Shown piece after piece: positions 9,352-19,442 of a stretch of 24,000 nt of DNA. The stretch is from assembly GCF_022493555.1 (NCBI RefSeq), contig NZ_CP028757.1, one strand, 5' to 3'. This stretch comes from Escherichia coli (lineage in GTDB: Bacteria > Pseudomonadota > Gammaproteobacteria > Enterobacterales > Enterobacteriaceae). Under the pieces are notes generated by a model, which worked only from the letters and a program-made list of their open reading frames with translations, had not been told where the DNA came from and did not search any database. A program made the translations under genes and the position numbers. The number at the start of each line of letters is the position of its first letter. Positions within the stretch are counted from its first letter, which is position 1.

Positions 9352-10110
9352 TCACGCCACCCCAATCTCCATCCCATCAAACCCCACCTCAAACCCTGAC
9401 GGTAGTGCGTTTTCCATCAGCCACGCATCAAACTGGTGGCTGATATGGGTCAGAATCACCTGTGGCGAGCGGATAACCTGATTCAGCGCAAGCACGGTAT
9501 TTAAATCACAGTGATTACGCGGTGCATCCGCGCGCGGCGGGTGACTGCAATCAATCACCATCACCTGCGGATGATTATTGAGTAAAAATTTCAGCGTTTT
9601 TTCCGGCAGGCCAGCGGTGTCAGACAGCCACGCCACCCGGCTATGTGCCGTTTCCAGCAGATAACCGAAGGTCAGTTTTGAGTGGTTAAGCGGCAGCGGC
9701 GTGACCTGCAACCCCTGCAAATCAAACACCACAAACGGTACCACTGTGTGGCTGAAATCAAGCAGGCCCGGATGTTTAAACAGATCGTCGCAACCCTGGT
9801 CATCCGGCGGGCCGTAAACCGGGATCGGATCGCCAACGCCCCAGCGCAGCGGAAACAGCCCCTGGACGTGATCCATATGATAATGCGTCAGCAAAAACTG
9901 CTGGAACGATCCGGGCGACCAGCGATCGGCGAGATCGTGCAGCCCGGCGTCGATCAGGGTGATTGCGTCGTTAAACTTCACTACGCCGCTGCATGGCTGG
10001 CGGCGATACTGCGGTGAGCGCCGCGCTCGGTCGCAGGCCGCGCACTCGCAGCCCCATGCCGGAACGCCCTGTGCGCCGCCGGTGCCGGTGAGCGTGAGGG
10101 TCAGACTCAT
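9352..10110 (-). CDS. phnP: 5-phospho-alpha-D-ribosyl 1,2-cyclic phosphate phosphodiesterase, metallo-beta-lactamase fold
   Basis: 252-aa ORF with zinc-binding cysteines ([11 protein letters not shown]) and [17 protein letters not shown] motif; last gene of the phn operon. Confidence 0.96.
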   Translation of the reverse strand: MSLTLTLTGTGGAQGVPAWGCECAACDRARRSPQYRRQPCSGVVKFNDAITLIDAGLHDLADRWSPGSFQQFLLTHYHMDHVQGLFPLRWGVGDPIPVYGPPDDQGCDDLFKHPGLLDFSHTVVPFVVFDLQGLQVTPLPLNHSKLTFGYLLETAHSRVAWLSDTAGLPEKTLKFLLNNHPQVMVIDCSHPPRADAPRNHCDLNTVLALNQVIRSPQVILTHISHQFDAWLMENALPSGFEVGFDGMEIGVA

Positions 10111-10111
10111 G

Positions 10112-10546
10112 TTACAGCGCCTTGGTGAAGCGGAAGTGACTCTGCTCGTAGCCTTCTCGCAGATAGAAACGGTGCGCGTCGTGGCGCTTCACGTTGGTCG
10201 AAAGTTCGGTCATTTCGGCCCCGGCCTGGCGGGCTTCTTCTTCTGCCCACGCCAGTAACTTACTGCCGACGTTCAGACCGCGCGCCTGCGGCATTACCAC
10301 CAACTCCTGAATTTCGCCGATCCAGTTGACATGATGCAGATGAAACTGCAAATGCAGGCCGATCATACCGACAACTTCGCCATCCAGCAGCGCCAGATGG
10401 TAGCGCATGTTCGGGTCGCGCAGGTTGGCGTTAAAGCCCACGCGAAACGCGTGGTGGTCAAACTCCGCCTGTTTTAGCTCGCAAATCAACGCGTAAACCG
10501 CGTCGGTGTCGTACTGCGTGGCCGGGCGAAGCTCACAAGCAGGCAT
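10112..10546 (-). CDS. phnO: Aminoalkylphosphonate N-acetyltransferase (GNAT)
   Basis: 144-aa GNAT ORF ([26 protein letters not shown]); 14-nt overlap with phnN. Confidence 0.95.
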
Positions 10547-11090
10547 GGTGTTTCTCCTTCTGATGGATTAGCGTCAGCAGCGTGTCGACCGACTGGCGCA
10601 GGCTGCCGTCATTATTGAGCGTATGGCAATCCTGTGGAGTATAGCGGGCGGCGCGCGCCAGCCGGGCGTTAATTTCACTGGCGTTTTCGCGGCCACGGTT
10701 TTCCAGGCGCTGGCGCAGGATCTCTGGCGAAACCTGTAAGCAAATGGGCAGCAGCGCCGATTGATAGCGCGCCCGCGCCTGCGGCAGATGGGCGCGTGAG
10801 CCGTTGACCAGCACGTCGAATCCAGCGTGCAGCCAGAGGTCAATCTCGACGCCGACGCCATAATACAGACCGTTAGCGTGCCAGCTTAAGGCCAGCAGAT
10901 TTTGCCCCGCGCGGGTAAAAAACTCCTGCTCGCTCAGGGCGATATGGTTTTCGCTTCCAGCGCTGGCGTCGCGCGTGATGTAGCGATGCGCCACCAGTAG
11001 CTGAGTTTGTTCCCGCAGGCGGAGTTCCGCCAGCAGGCTATCTTTCCCGGAGCCGGACGGCCCCATTAACCAAATCAGTTTTCCCATCAT
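10533..11090 (-). CDS. phnN: Ribose 1,5-bisphosphate phosphokinase
   Basis: 185-aa ORF with P-loop [15 protein letters not shown]; adjacent to phnM. Confidence 0.96.
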
Positions 11091-12226
11091 CAGAACACCC
11101 TTTTACCCTGACGCCAGACGTGGTCGATATGAATGTGGTTGCCCTTGCGATGCGCCAGCACCAGGTCGGCGCGTTTACCCTCGCCAATCACCCCGCGATC
11201 CTGGAGATTAAGCGCTTGCGCCGGATTTTTGGTCACCAGCTTCACCGCCTGCGGCAGCGTAAAGCGGTTGCTCTCGTCATCGGCGACGCGGAACGCCGCA
11301 TCCAGCAGGCTGGCGGGGTAGTAGTCGGAAGAGAGGATATCCAGCAGGCCAAGCTGCGCCAGTTCACTGGCCGCCACGTTGCCGGAGTGCGAACCGCCAC
11401 GCACGATATTTGGCGCGCCCATCAGCACGTTCATGCCATGCTTGCGCGAGGCTTCCGCTGCTTCGAACGTAGTGGGAAATTCGGCGATCACGCTGCCAAG
11501 CTGGTGGGATTCGGCAACGTGGGCGTGCGTGGCGTCATCGTGGCTGGCGAGGGCAATTTGTCTTACGCGGCACAGGGCGGCGATAGTTTCGCGATTCGGC
11601 TGCGACCAGCGTGCGGCGAGCGCCAGTTGCTCTTCTTCGTACTGCTGCATCTGCGCATCGGTGAGCGAGTATTTGCCCTGATAATACTCGCGATACTTCT
11701 CGCGGTTGGCGAACTGGCGCTGGCCCGGCGAGTGATCCATCAGCGACACCAGCGTCACCGGCTCGCGCTGCACCAGTTTTTCAAACAGCGGCAGTGTGGT
11801 GTGATGCGGCAGTTCGCAGCGCAGGTGCAGGCGGTGCTCGGCGCGGTTGACGCCGCGTTTTTGCGTCTCTTCGATGGCGTTGATCATCTTCTCCAGATTC
11901 TCCAGCCGATCGCCGCCGTCGCGCACGTCGCCAATCGCCACGGCGTCCAGTACGGTGGTGATGCCGCTTGCCACCATCAGCGCGTCGTGGCTGCTCATCG
12001 CCGAATGGGCGGGCCAGTCGACTTTCGGGCGCGGGGTGAAGAATTTATCGAGGTTGTCGGTATGCAGCTCAATCAGGCCGGGTAGTAGCCAGCCACCTTC
12101 GCCGTCCATCGCTTCTGGCAGGCGGCTCTGGCTTTCGGCAAAGGCGCGGATTTCGCCATCCTGCACCTCCAGCGAACCGTGCACCACCTCGTTTTCCAGC
12201 ACCAGCTTAACGTTATTGATAATCAT
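11090..12226 (-). CDS. phnM: Alpha-D-ribose 1-methylphosphonate 5-triphosphate diphosphatase (amidohydrolase)
   Basis: 378-aa ORF: [45 protein letters not shown]. Confidence 0.96.
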   Translation of the reverse strand: MIINNVKLVLENEVVHGSLEVQDGEIRAFAESQSRLPEAMDGEGGWLLPGLIELHTDNLDKFFTPRPKVDWPAHSAMSSHDALMVASGITTVLDAVAIGDVRDGGDRLENLEKMINAIEETQKRGVNRAEHRLHLRCELPHHTTLPLFEKLVQREPVTLVSLMDHSPGQRQFANREKYREYYQGKYSLTDAQMQQYEEEQLALAARWSQPNRETIAALCRVRQIALASHDDATHAHVAESHQLGSVIAEFPTTFEAAEASRKHGMNVLMGAPNIVRGGSHSGNVAASELAQLGLLDILSSDYYPASLLDAAFRVADDESNRFTLPQAVKLVTKNPAQALNLQDRGVIGEGKRADLVLAHRKGNHIHIDHVWRQGKRVF

Positions 12227-12903
12227 GAAGAGGCTCCCATTGGGTGCAGGCGGTCGGCGACGTCATTACGTACAGCTTCGTCATGGAAGATGCCGACGAT
12301 GGCTGCGCCACGGGCTTTGGCTTCGTGAATCAGTTCCACCACCGCGGCGCTGTTTTTGGCGTCCAGCGAGGCGGTAGGTTCGTCGAGCAGCAGAATGGGG
12401 TAGTCGACGATAAAGCCGCGGGCGATGTTGACGCGCTGCTGTTCGCCGCCGGAGAAGGTCGATGGTGCCAGGTGCCACAGGCGTTCCGGCACGTTCAGGC
12501 GGGTGAGAAGACGCGCGGCTTTAGCGGCGCAGGCTTCACGCGGAACGCCGGTATCGAGCAGCGGCTGCATCACCACTTCCAGTGCTGAGATACGCGGGAT
12601 GACGCGCAGAAACTGGCTCACCCAGCCGATGGTAGTTTTGCGGATCTCCACCACTTTGCGCGCTGGCGCGGTGACCAGGTCTACCCATTCGTCACCGTGT
12701 TTGATCTGGATTTGCCCTTCGTCGGGCAGATAGTTGGCGTACAGCGAGCGTAGCAGAGTTGATTTGCCGCTGCCGGAATGGCCGTGGAGCACCACGCATT
12801 CACCTGCGTTGACGGTGAGCGAGGCGCGTTGTAAGACGGGCAGGCGCACGCCGTTTTGCTGGTGCAGGATGAAGGTTTTACTGACGTTTTGTACGTTAAT
12901 CAT
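12223..12903 (-). CDS. phnL: C-P lyase system ABC-type ATP-binding protein PhnL (226 aa from [11 protein letters not shown])
   Basis: Walker [10 protein letters not shown], signature [14 protein letters not shown], Walker [13 protein letters not shown]. The track ORF has a 14-codon non-native upstream extension. Confidence 0.96.
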   Translation of the reverse strand: MINVQNVSKTFILHQQNGVRLPVLQRASLTVNAGECVVLHGHSGSGKSTLLRSLYANYLPDEGQIQIKHGDEWVDLVTAPARKVVEIRKTTIGWVSQFLRVIPRISALEVVMQPLLDTGVPREACAAKAARLLTRLNVPERLWHLAPSTFSGGEQQRVNIARGFIVDYPILLLDEPTASLDAKNSAAVVELIHEAKARGAAIVGIFHDEAVRNDVADRLHPMGASS

Positions 12904-12935
12904 TTTTCGCCTCGTGGTTCGCATATTGGGGAGCG

Positions 12936-13069
12936 GTGCGCGCATTGCCCCTCACCCTAACCCTCTCCCCGAAGGGGCGAGGGGACCGATTGTGCGCGGT
13001 GTTGAATATTGCGCCGGTTTTCTCCCTCTCCCTCCGGGAGAGGGCCGGGGTGAGGGGATCAGCGCGCAC
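12936..13069 (+). repeat. GC-rich palindrome-like intergenic element, copy B, between phnL and phnK
   Basis: Begins gtgcgcgc and ends gcgcgcac. Contains two hairpins (cctaaccctctccccgaaggggcgagggg and ctccctctccctccgggagagggccgggg) and outer ccctcaccc / ggggtgaggg pairing. Confidence 0.85.
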
Positions 13070-13079
13070 GGTGTTGCAT

Positions 13080-13838
13080 TCAATTCTGCAAAACCGATGA
13101 CACCAGCAGTTGTGTATACGGATGGTGCGGGTCGTCGAGCACGCGGTCGGTTAACCCACTCTCCACCACTTGCCCCTGCTTCATCACCAGCAAACGGTCC
13201 GCCAGCAGGCGGGCGACGCCTAAATCGTGGGTGACAATCACTACCGCGAGGTTCAGCTCCACCACCAGGCCGCGCAGCAGGTCGAGCAGGCGTGCCTGTA
13301 CCGACACATCCAGTCCGCCGGTCGGCTCGTCCATAAACACCAGCTTCGGATGCGTCACCAGGTTGCGGGCGATCTGCAAACGTTGCTGCATGCCGCCGGA
13401 AAAGGTGGTCGGCAGGTCGTCGATCCGGTTGGCGGGAATTTCCACCTCTTCCAGCCACTTCTGCGCGGTGGCACGAATATCGCCGTAATGACGTGCCCCG
13501 GTCGCCATCAGCCGCTCGCCGATATTGCCGCCTGCCGACACCTGGCGGCGCAGGCCGTCGAGCGGATGCTGATGCACTACGCCCCATTCGGTGCGCAGCA
13601 GGCGACGGCGGTCGGCCTCGCTCATTGCGTACAGCGAACGGCTCTCATAGTGAATCTCCCCCTGCTGCGGCGTCAGGCGCGCGGAGATTGATTTCAGCAG
13701 CGTGGTCTTCCCGGAGCCGGACTCCCCGACAATGCCCAGCACTTCTCCCGGCCATAAATCAAAAGAGACATCGCTAAAGCCTTTGCCCGGCGCGTAAAGG
13801 TGGGTCAGGTTATTGACCGAAAGTAACGGTTTATTCAT
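13080..13838 (-). CDS. phnK: C-P lyase system ABC-type ATP-binding protein PhnK (252 aa from MNKPLLSVNNL)
   Basis: Walker A GESGSGKTT, FSGGMQQRLQIARN, VFMDEPTGGLD. Start codon overlaps the phnJ stop (ATGA). Confidence 0.96.
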   Translation of the reverse strand: MNKPLLSVNNLTHLYAPGKGFSDVSFDLWPGEVLGIVGESGSGKTTLLKSISARLTPQQGEIHYESRSLYAMSEADRRRLLRTEWGVVHQHPLDGLRRQVSAGGNIGERLMATGARHYGDIRATAQKWLEEVEIPANRIDDLPTTFSGGMQQRLQIARNLVTHPKLVFMDEPTGGLDVSVQARLLDLLRGLVVELNLAVVIVTHDLGVARLLADRLLVMKQGQVVESGLTDRVLDDPHHPYTQLLVSSVLQN

Positions 13839-14680
13839 TGGCTTTTCGCCTCGCTCTGTTGGCGGCAATAATCGGTATCGGAGCAGACAAACATGCGGTT
13901 TCCGGCGTCATCCAGCACCACTTCATCAAGATAGCTGTGGGTCGATCCGCAGATGGCGCATGGCTCATCCCACTGCTGAACGGTGAACGGGTGATCGTCG
14001 AAATCGAGACTTTCCACGCGGGTAAACGGCGGCACCGCATAGATGCGCTTCTCGCGCCCTGCGCCGAACAGCTGCAGGGCGGGCATCATGTCCATTTTTG
14101 GGTTATCGAATTTCGGGATCGGCGACGGGTCCATTACGTAGCGCCCGTTCACCTTCACCGGATAGGCGTAGGTAGTGGCGATATGACCGAAGCGGGCGAT
14201 ATCTTCATACAGTTTCACCTGCATCACGCCGTACTCTTCCAGCGCGTGCATGGTGCGGGTTTCCGTTTCGCGCGGCTCGATAAAGCGCAGCGGTTCCGGG
14301 ATTGGCACCTGGAAGATAATGATCTGATCTTCGGTCAGCGGCGTTTCGGGGATGCGGTGACGCGTCTGGATAAGCGTCGCATCGTCCGTACGTTCAGTGG
14401 TGTTTACCCCGGTCACGCGCTTAAAGAAGTTGCGAATCGACACGGCGTTGGTGGTGTCATCCGCACCCTGGTCAATCACCTTCAGCACGTCGCTTTCGCC
14501 AATCACGCTGGCGGTGAGCTGTATGCCGCCGGTTCCCCAGCCGTATGGCATCGGCATCTCGCGCCCGCCAAACGGCACCTGATAACCGGGGATCGCCACC
14601 GCTTTTAAGATAGCGCGGCGGATCATGCGTTTGGTCTGCTCGTCGAGGTAGGCAAAGTTGTAGCCGCTCAGATTAGCCAT
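13835..14680 (-). CDS. phnJ: Alpha-D-ribose 1-methylphosphonate 5-phosphate C-P lyase, radical SAM (281 aa from MANLSGYNF)
   Basis: C-terminal cysteine cluster CAICGSTHSYLDEVVLDDAGNRMFVCSDTDYC. The track ORF's upstream 63 codons lie within phnI in another frame. Confidence 0.97.
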   Translation of the reverse strand: MANLSGYNFAYLDEQTKRMIRRAILKAVAIPGYQVPFGGREMPMPYGWGTGGIQLTASVIGESDVLKVIDQGADDTTNAVSIRNFFKRVTGVNTTERTDDATLIQTRHRIPETPLTEDQIIIFQVPIPEPLRFIEPRETETRTMHALEEYGVMQVKLYEDIARFGHIATTYAYPVKVNGRYVMDPSPIPKFDNPKMDMMPALQLFGAGREKRIYAVPPFTRVESLDFDDHPFTVQQWDEPCAICGSTHSYLDEVVLDDAGNRMFVCSDTDYCRQQSEAKSQ

Positions 14681-15737
14681 GGTTCTTCTCCTGTTGCAGA
14701 CGTTTGAGTAGCTCCAGTTCGGCCTGGAAATCGACGTAGTGGGGGAGTTTGAGGTGCGAGACAAAGCCTGCGGCTTCGACGTTGTCGGCATGTGCCAGCA
14801 CAAACTCTTCATCCTGCGCCGGGCCTGTCGCGTGCTCGCCGTATTCCGGGGCTTGCAACGCACGGTCAACCAGCGCCATTGCCATCGCTTTGCGCTCGCT
14901 CATGCCGAATACCAGCCCGTAGCCGCGCGTGAAGTGCGGCGGCTCATCCGGCGGGTCGATAAAACCGTTGACCATTTCACATTCGGTCATCAGCAGTTCG
15001 CCGACGTTCACCGCAAATCCCAGCTCTTCCGGCACAATCGACACGTCGATGTAACCACTGCGGATCTCGCCCGCGAACGGGTGATTGCGCCCGTAACCGC
15101 GTTGGGTGGAGTAGGCCAGCGCCAGCAAATAGCCTTCGTCGCCGCGCATCAACTGCTGCAAACGGGAAGAACGTGAGCAGGGGTAAACCGGCGGCGTGCG
15201 GGTGATATCATCCGGCTGTGCGCCGCTATCCTCTTCAAACTTCGCCAGCCCCTGACGCGCCAGCAGGCTGAAAACGTGCGGCGACGGCTGTTGTTCGCTG
15301 TCGGCGGTGGTCAGCGTCGGCGCTTCACCGTTTGCCAGCAGGGTGAAATCGAGCAGGCGATGGGTGTAGTCGTAGGTTGGGCCAAGCAGCTGGCCGCCGG
15401 GAATGTCTTTATAAACCGCCGAAATACGCCGTTCGAGACGCATCTCTGTGGTGTCGAGCGGCTCGCTTACCGCGAGCTTCGCCAGCGTGGTGCGGTAGGC
15501 GCGCAGCAGGAAAATTGCTTCGACGTTATCGCCGCTGGCCTGTTTCAGCGCCAGCGCCGCCAGTTCGCGGTCGGCAATGCCGCCTTCGGTCATCACGCGA
15601 TCCACCGCAAGATTAAGCTGCTGTTCAATCTGGGCGACGCTCAGTTCAGGCAAATCGGTATCGCCCCGGCGTCGGCTCTCTTGCAGGGCGTGAGCGGCGT
15701 CGATCGCCTTCTCGCCCCCTTTCACGGCAACGTACAT
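14673..15737 (-). CDS. phnI: C-P lyase core complex subunit PhnI (354 aa from [12 protein letters not shown])
   Basis: Characteristic PhnI sequence, including RGYGRNHPFAGEIRSGYIDV; overlaps phnH and phnJ ends. Confidence 0.97.
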   Translation of the reverse strand: MYVAVKGGEKAIDAAHALQESRRRGDTDLPELSVAQIEQQLNLAVDRVMTEGGIADRELAALALKQASGDNVEAIFLLRAYRTTLAKLAVSEPLDTTEMRLERRISAVYKDIPGGQLLGPTYDYTHRLLDFTLLANGEAPTLTTADSEQQPSPHVFSLLARQGLAKFEEDSGAQPDDITRTPPVYPCSRSSRLQQLMRGDEGYLLALAYSTQRGYGRNHPFAGEIRSGYIDVSIVPEELGFAVNVGELLMTECEMVNGFIDPPDEPPHFTRGYGLVFGMSERKAMAMALVDRALQAPEYGEHATGPAQDEEFVLAHADNVEAAGFVSHLKLPHYVDFQAELELLKRLQQEKNHG

Positions 15738-16321
15738 CAGCACACCTCCACATGAGTGGTTCGCGGAATAGCCAGCAGGCGCTCGCCGCAGGTCAGGATC
15801 AGGTCGATGCCGAGCGGGAACGGGTGCGGGCGCTCGGTGAGTTCGTGCAGAATGCACTCCGGCAGCTGCGGAGCGATCATTCGTTCTTCGGCAATGCCCG
15901 CGCCGGTGAGACGTAACATGCGCCCGCCGCTCAGGCTGGCGACCTGTAAAATCAGCGTTGCACCCGCTTCCGGCGCAACGGCGGTGCCGGTGGAAAGGGC
16001 GTTAAGCTGTTCGCTGGAAATCGCCTCATCCGTCACCGCGAAGGTCGCCTGTTCCGGCTGGCTGACCAGCGGCGCGTTGGTATGAAAACGCAGGCTCTGG
16101 CTGACGATATCGTTACTCAATGGCGCGGCAAGCCACACCGGCGTGTCGTTATCGGCCAGCGTCAGCAGCACGCTGGTGGTGGCGATATTCAGCGGCTGCC
16201 AGCCGCGCTTGAGCTGATGCAGGGCGACAATCACGCCCGGCTCGCTCATGGCCTTTAACAGGCGACGAAAACTGTGCTGGGCATCCTGCACGGGAAGCAT
16301 AAAAGCGGTTTCCAGGGTCAT
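15737..16321 (-). CDS. phnH: C-P lyase core complex subunit PhnH
   Basis: 194-aa [37 protein letters not shown]; 4-nt overlap with phnG. Confidence 0.96.
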   Translation of the reverse strand: MTLETAFMLPVQDAQHSFRRLLKAMSEPGVIVALHQLKRGWQPLNIATTSVLLTLADNDTPVWLAAPLSNDIVSQSLRFHTNAPLVSQPEQATFAVTDEAISSEQLNALSTGTAVAPEAGATLILQVASLSGGRMLRLTGAGIAEERMIAPQLPECILHELTERPHPFPLGIDLILTCGERLLAIPRTTHVEVC

Positions 16322-16770
16322 GCGTTATCTCCGCGAACCATCGTAAAGAAGTCGACCCGGCTGGCGTTCACTTCGGCCTGGCGTGCGGCAATGCGTGCCA
16401 TACGGTCAGCGTCCAGCGGGGCAATAAGGGTTTCTGATAAGTTTTGAAAATAGCGAGATTGCTGCATCAGCGCGTCAATCAGCGCGCAGCGTTCGGCGTG
16501 CTGTTTGTCGCGCCCCAGCACCCAGCTGTAGCCGAGCGTGCCGTCAGTCAGGCGTACGGCGGCGCGGGTGAGCGTGGCGTCGCCGGCAAAAAAGCGTTCG
16601 CCGGTGCCGCCCATCCGCGCCTGAATCTGCACCAGGCCGGTTTCGGCGGCGCGGATAACCTCATAGTCGGCGGTGATGTTCAGCGCGTTCAGGCGGGCTG
16701 CCAGTTCAGCCGGTTGGCTGTGCGCCAGTACGGACATCCAGTGCTGGCGGGTCGCGGTATCTGCGTGCAT
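16318..16770 (-). CDS. phnG: C-P lyase core complex subunit PhnG
   Basis: 150-aa [33 protein letters not shown]; position between phnH and phnF. Confidence 0.96.
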   Translation of the reverse strand: MHADTATRQHWMSVLAHSQPAELAARLNALNITADYEVIRAAETGLVQIQARMGGTGERFFAGDATLTRAAVRLTDGTLGYSWVLGRDKQHAERCALIDALMQQSRYFQNLSETLIAPLDADRMARIAARQAEVNASRVDFFTMVRGDNA

Positions 16771-17496
16771 TCAGTGCTCCATAGTGAATTCAATCATGTC
16801 GGCGCGCGTCAGGCTGACGGAGTACTCCGCCGGGCTGCTTTCACCGTCACGGTGGTTAAGGGTGCGCACGCACAGCAGCGGCGACATATTCGGAATTTCA
16901 AGACGCTGGCACTCTTTGGCCTGGGCGCGACGGGCGCTGATCCGCGTCTGGCTGCGGCGCAGCGCAATTCCGGTTTGCTCGCGCAGAAAATCGTGCAGCG
17001 AACCGCTGTCGAAGCGTTGCAGCGTCGGCCAAAGGGTGAGGTCCGCAAAGTAGTGGTCGATTAAACAGAGCGCGACGCCGTTGACGCGACGCAGGGTGCG
17101 CAAATGGATAACGTTCTCGCCCTCGGTAATCCCCAGCGCGTCAGCGACGTGACCGGACGCGGGGCGCAATACCGACAGCAGTTTTTCGCTGGTGGGATGG
17201 CTACCCTGGTCCAGCAGGTTCTGGCTAAAACGCGCCTGGGCGTTGAGCGGGTAATCGAACGGGCGCATCAGCACCAGCACGCCGACGCCCTGACGGCGCT
17301 GTACCCAGCCTTTTTCCACCAGTTGGTCGATGGCGCGGCGCAGGGTGTGGCGGTTCACCTCAAAGCGCGCCGCCAGTTGCTGCTCGGCGGGAAGATAGTC
17401 GCCGCAGCGGTAGTGTTGACGAAGCTCCTGCTCAAGTTTTGCGGCTATCTCCTGATAGCGTGTTGGGTAGCTGGTCGGATGTGTAGACAAGTGCAT
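16771..17496 (-). CDS. phnF: GntR/HutC-family transcriptional regulator PhnF (241 aa from MHLSTHPTS)
   Basis: N-terminal winged HTH (GDYLPAEQQLAARFEVNRHTLRRAIDQLVEKGWVQRRQGVG) and UTRA-like C-terminal domain. Confidence 0.96.
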   Translation of the reverse strand: MHLSTHPTSYPTRYQEIAAKLEQELRQHYRCGDYLPAEQQLAARFEVNRHTLRRAIDQLVEKGWVQRRQGVGVLVLMRPFDYPLNAQARFSQNLLDQGSHPTSEKLLSVLRPASGHVADALGITEGENVIHLRTLRRVNGVALCLIDHYFADLTLWPTLQRFDSGSLHDFLREQTGIALRRSQTRISARRAQAKECQRLEIPNMSPLLCVRTLNHRDGESSPAEYSVSLTRADMIEFTMEH

Positions 17497-17516
17497 AGAT
17501 ATCAATGCCTCGCTTA

Positions 17517-18296
17517 TCAGATAAAGTGCTTACGCAACCGTTGAGAGAGGAAATCCAGCAGGCTGACCGTGACGATGATAAGCACCATCAGGGCGCAGGT
17601 TTGTTGGAACTGGAAACCGCGAATCGCTTCCCACAGGGTGACGCCGATCCCGCCTGCACCGACCATGCCGACGACGGTCGCCGAGCGGACGTTGGATTCG
17701 AAGCGATAGAGGGAGTAGGAGATCAGCAGCGGCATCACCTGCGGCAGCACGCCGTAGAGGATCTCTTCGAGCTTGTTGGCGCCGGTGGCGCGAATGCCTT
17801 CCACCGGGCCGGGTTCAATCGCTTCCACCGCTTCGGAAAGCAGTTTGGAGAGCACGCCGGTGGTGTGGATAAACAGCGCCAGCACGCCAGCGAACGGGCC
17901 GAGGCCGACGGCGACCACGAACAGCATGGCGAAGACCATTTCGTTAATGGCGCGGCAGGCGTCCATCAGGCGGCGAACGGGCTGGTAAACCCACCACGGC
18001 ACCAGGTTTTCGGCGCTCATCAGGCCGAAGGGGATGGAGAGAACCACCGCCAGCGCCGTGCCCCAGACGGCGATTTGCAGCGTGACGGCCATTTCGGTGA
18101 GGTAATCCTGCCACTGGCTGAAATCGGGCGGGAAGAAGTCGGCGGCGAACGTCGCCATGTTGCCGCCGTCTTTAATCAGCGTGAGCGGGGCCATTTCCGC
18201 GCCCTGCCACGAGACGACCAACACGGCGAGAACAACGGCCCAGCTCAGAAGCGAGAACCAGCTACGCTTGGGTGGGGCGATGGTGATGGTTTGCAT
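17517..18296 (-). CDS. phnE: Phosphonate ABC transporter permease PhnE, full-length (259 aa from [12 protein letters not shown])
   Basis: Uninterrupted permease ORF with [32 protein letters not shown] (permease EAA-type loop). The track ORF extends 21 codons further upstream into REP sequence. Confidence 0.95.
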
Positions 18297-18311
18297 GTTT
18301 GGCTCCGGTCT

Positions 18312-18399
18312 GTAGGCCGGATAAGGTGCTTGCACCGCATCCGGCATCAACGCCTGCACATTGTCGGATGCGACGCCGGGGCGTCTTATCCGACCTACG
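18312..18399. repeat. Pair of REP/PU-type palindromic units between phnE and phnD
   Basis: gtaggccggataaggtgcttgcaccgcatccggca followed by inverted unit tcggatgcgacgccggggcgtcttatccgacctacg, a BIME arrangement. Confidence 0.9.
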
Positions 18400-18401
18400 A
18401 T

Positions 18402-19418
18402 TTACTGCACCGCTTTACTCACCGAACTCATCGCGCTTAACGCGTTGTTCAGGCGGTCCAGGTCATCCAGCTGCGCCTGAATCTCGGTGGTTTTTGCCAG
18501 CTTGTCCTGCTCATTCAGTCCTTTATTGCTTTTCACGCCCTGCATCTCTTTAAACAGCGCGAGCTGGCGAATCGGCACCAGTTGCAGGTCGCTGGAAGCG
18601 CGGAACGGCGCCCAGCCCAGGCGTTCCAGCACCGCTTTTTCTTCCGGCGTTTTGCCGTAGTTCATAAAGAAGTCGTAGATCTTGTCTTTGGTGGTTTCGG
18701 AAAGGTTTTTACGCCAGACGATCGGATCGCCTGGGATCAGCGGCGACTTCCAGATCACCTTCAGTTCTTTCAGCTTCTCTGGCGCGGAGGTTTTCAGCTT
18801 GTCGAGGTTTTCGGTGTTGTTGGTGGCAACATCCACCTGCTTGTTGGCGACGGCCAGCGCGTTGGTTTCATGCCCAGCGTTGACGGTGCGCTTAAAGTCG
18901 CTGGCGGAGATATTGTTTTTGGCAAAGACGTAGTAACCGGGGACGAGGAAGCCAGAGGTGGAGTTAGGATCGCCATTGCCGAAGGTGAGATCTTTCCGCT
19001 TCGCCAGCAGATCGTTCAGGTTGTTGATCGGACTATCTTTGTTGACGATCAACACGCTCCAGTAACCTGGCGATCCATCCGCCGCGACCGTCTGGGCGAA
19101 GACCTGGCCGTTGGCGCGATCCACCGCTTCCATTGCCGACAGGTTGCCGTACCAGGCGATATCCACTTTATTGAAGCGCATTCCCTGGATAATGCCTGCG
19201 TAGTCTGGGGCAAAGAAGGCGTTCACCTTCACGCCCAGCTTCTTCTCCATATCCTGTAAGAATGGCGTCCATTGCGGTTTCAGGTTTTGCTGTGATTCCG
19301 TTGAAATAATGCCGAAATTCAGCGCCTTTTCCTGCTCTTCGGCGTGTGCCGGGCTTAACAGGGTGCTGAGGCTGAACATGCTGGTGAAGGCCAGCGAGGC
19401 AATTATCTTAGCGTTCAT
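18402..19418 (-). CDS. phnD: Phosphonate ABC transporter periplasmic binding protein
   Basis: 338-aa ORF with signal peptide MNAKIIASLAFTSMFSLSTLLSPAHAEEQEKALNFG and binding-protein features (TFGNGDPNSTSGFLVPGYYVF). Confidence 0.97.
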   Translation of the reverse strand: MNAKIIASLAFTSMFSLSTLLSPAHAEEQEKALNFGIISTESQQNLKPQWTPFLQDMEKKLGVKVNAFFAPDYAGIIQGMRFNKVDIAWYGNLSAMEAVDRANGQVFAQTVAADGSPGYWSVLIVNKDSPINNLNDLLAKRKDLTFGNGDPNSTSGFLVPGYYVFAKNNISASDFKRTVNAGHETNALAVANKQVDVATNNTENLDKLKTSAPEKLKELKVIWKSPLIPGDPIVWRKNLSETTKDKIYDFFMNYGKTPEEKAVLERLGWAPFRASSDLQLVPIRQLALFKEMQGVKSNKGLNEQDKLAKTTEIQAQLDDLDRLNNALSAMSSVSKAVQ

Positions 19419-19442
19419 TCGTTTTCCTCAATGATGGGGATG

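Noticed and set aside
9078-9443. Plus-strand 121-aa ORF spanning the yjdP tail, element A and the phnP tail
   Set aside because: Out-of-frame reading of yjdP and repeat DNA; no coding signature.
11120-12085. Plus-strand 321-aa ORF
   Set aside because: Antisense shadow of phnM, with no recognisable domain.
12952-13587. Minus-strand 211-aa ORF overlapping phnK and element B
   Set aside because: Out-of-frame translation of phnK plus the repeat element; Pro/Arg/Gly/Ala-rich composition.
13838-14608. Plus-strand 256-aa ORF
   Set aside because: Antisense shadow of phnJ; its start and end merely mirror the phnJ frame.
18297-18359. N-terminal extension of PhnE ([21 protein letters not shown])
   Set aside because: Translated from the flanking REP unit (the same DAxxAPYPAYR pattern appears wherever REP sequence is translated); the internal ATG at 18296 matches the expected PhnE start.
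17505-18440. Long plus-strand 311-aa ORF opposite phnE/phnD
   Set aside because: Antisense to a firmly identified permease gene, low-complexity His/Arg/Gly-rich product, no identifiable family or ribosome-binding site; typical shadow ORF of GC-rich coding sequence.
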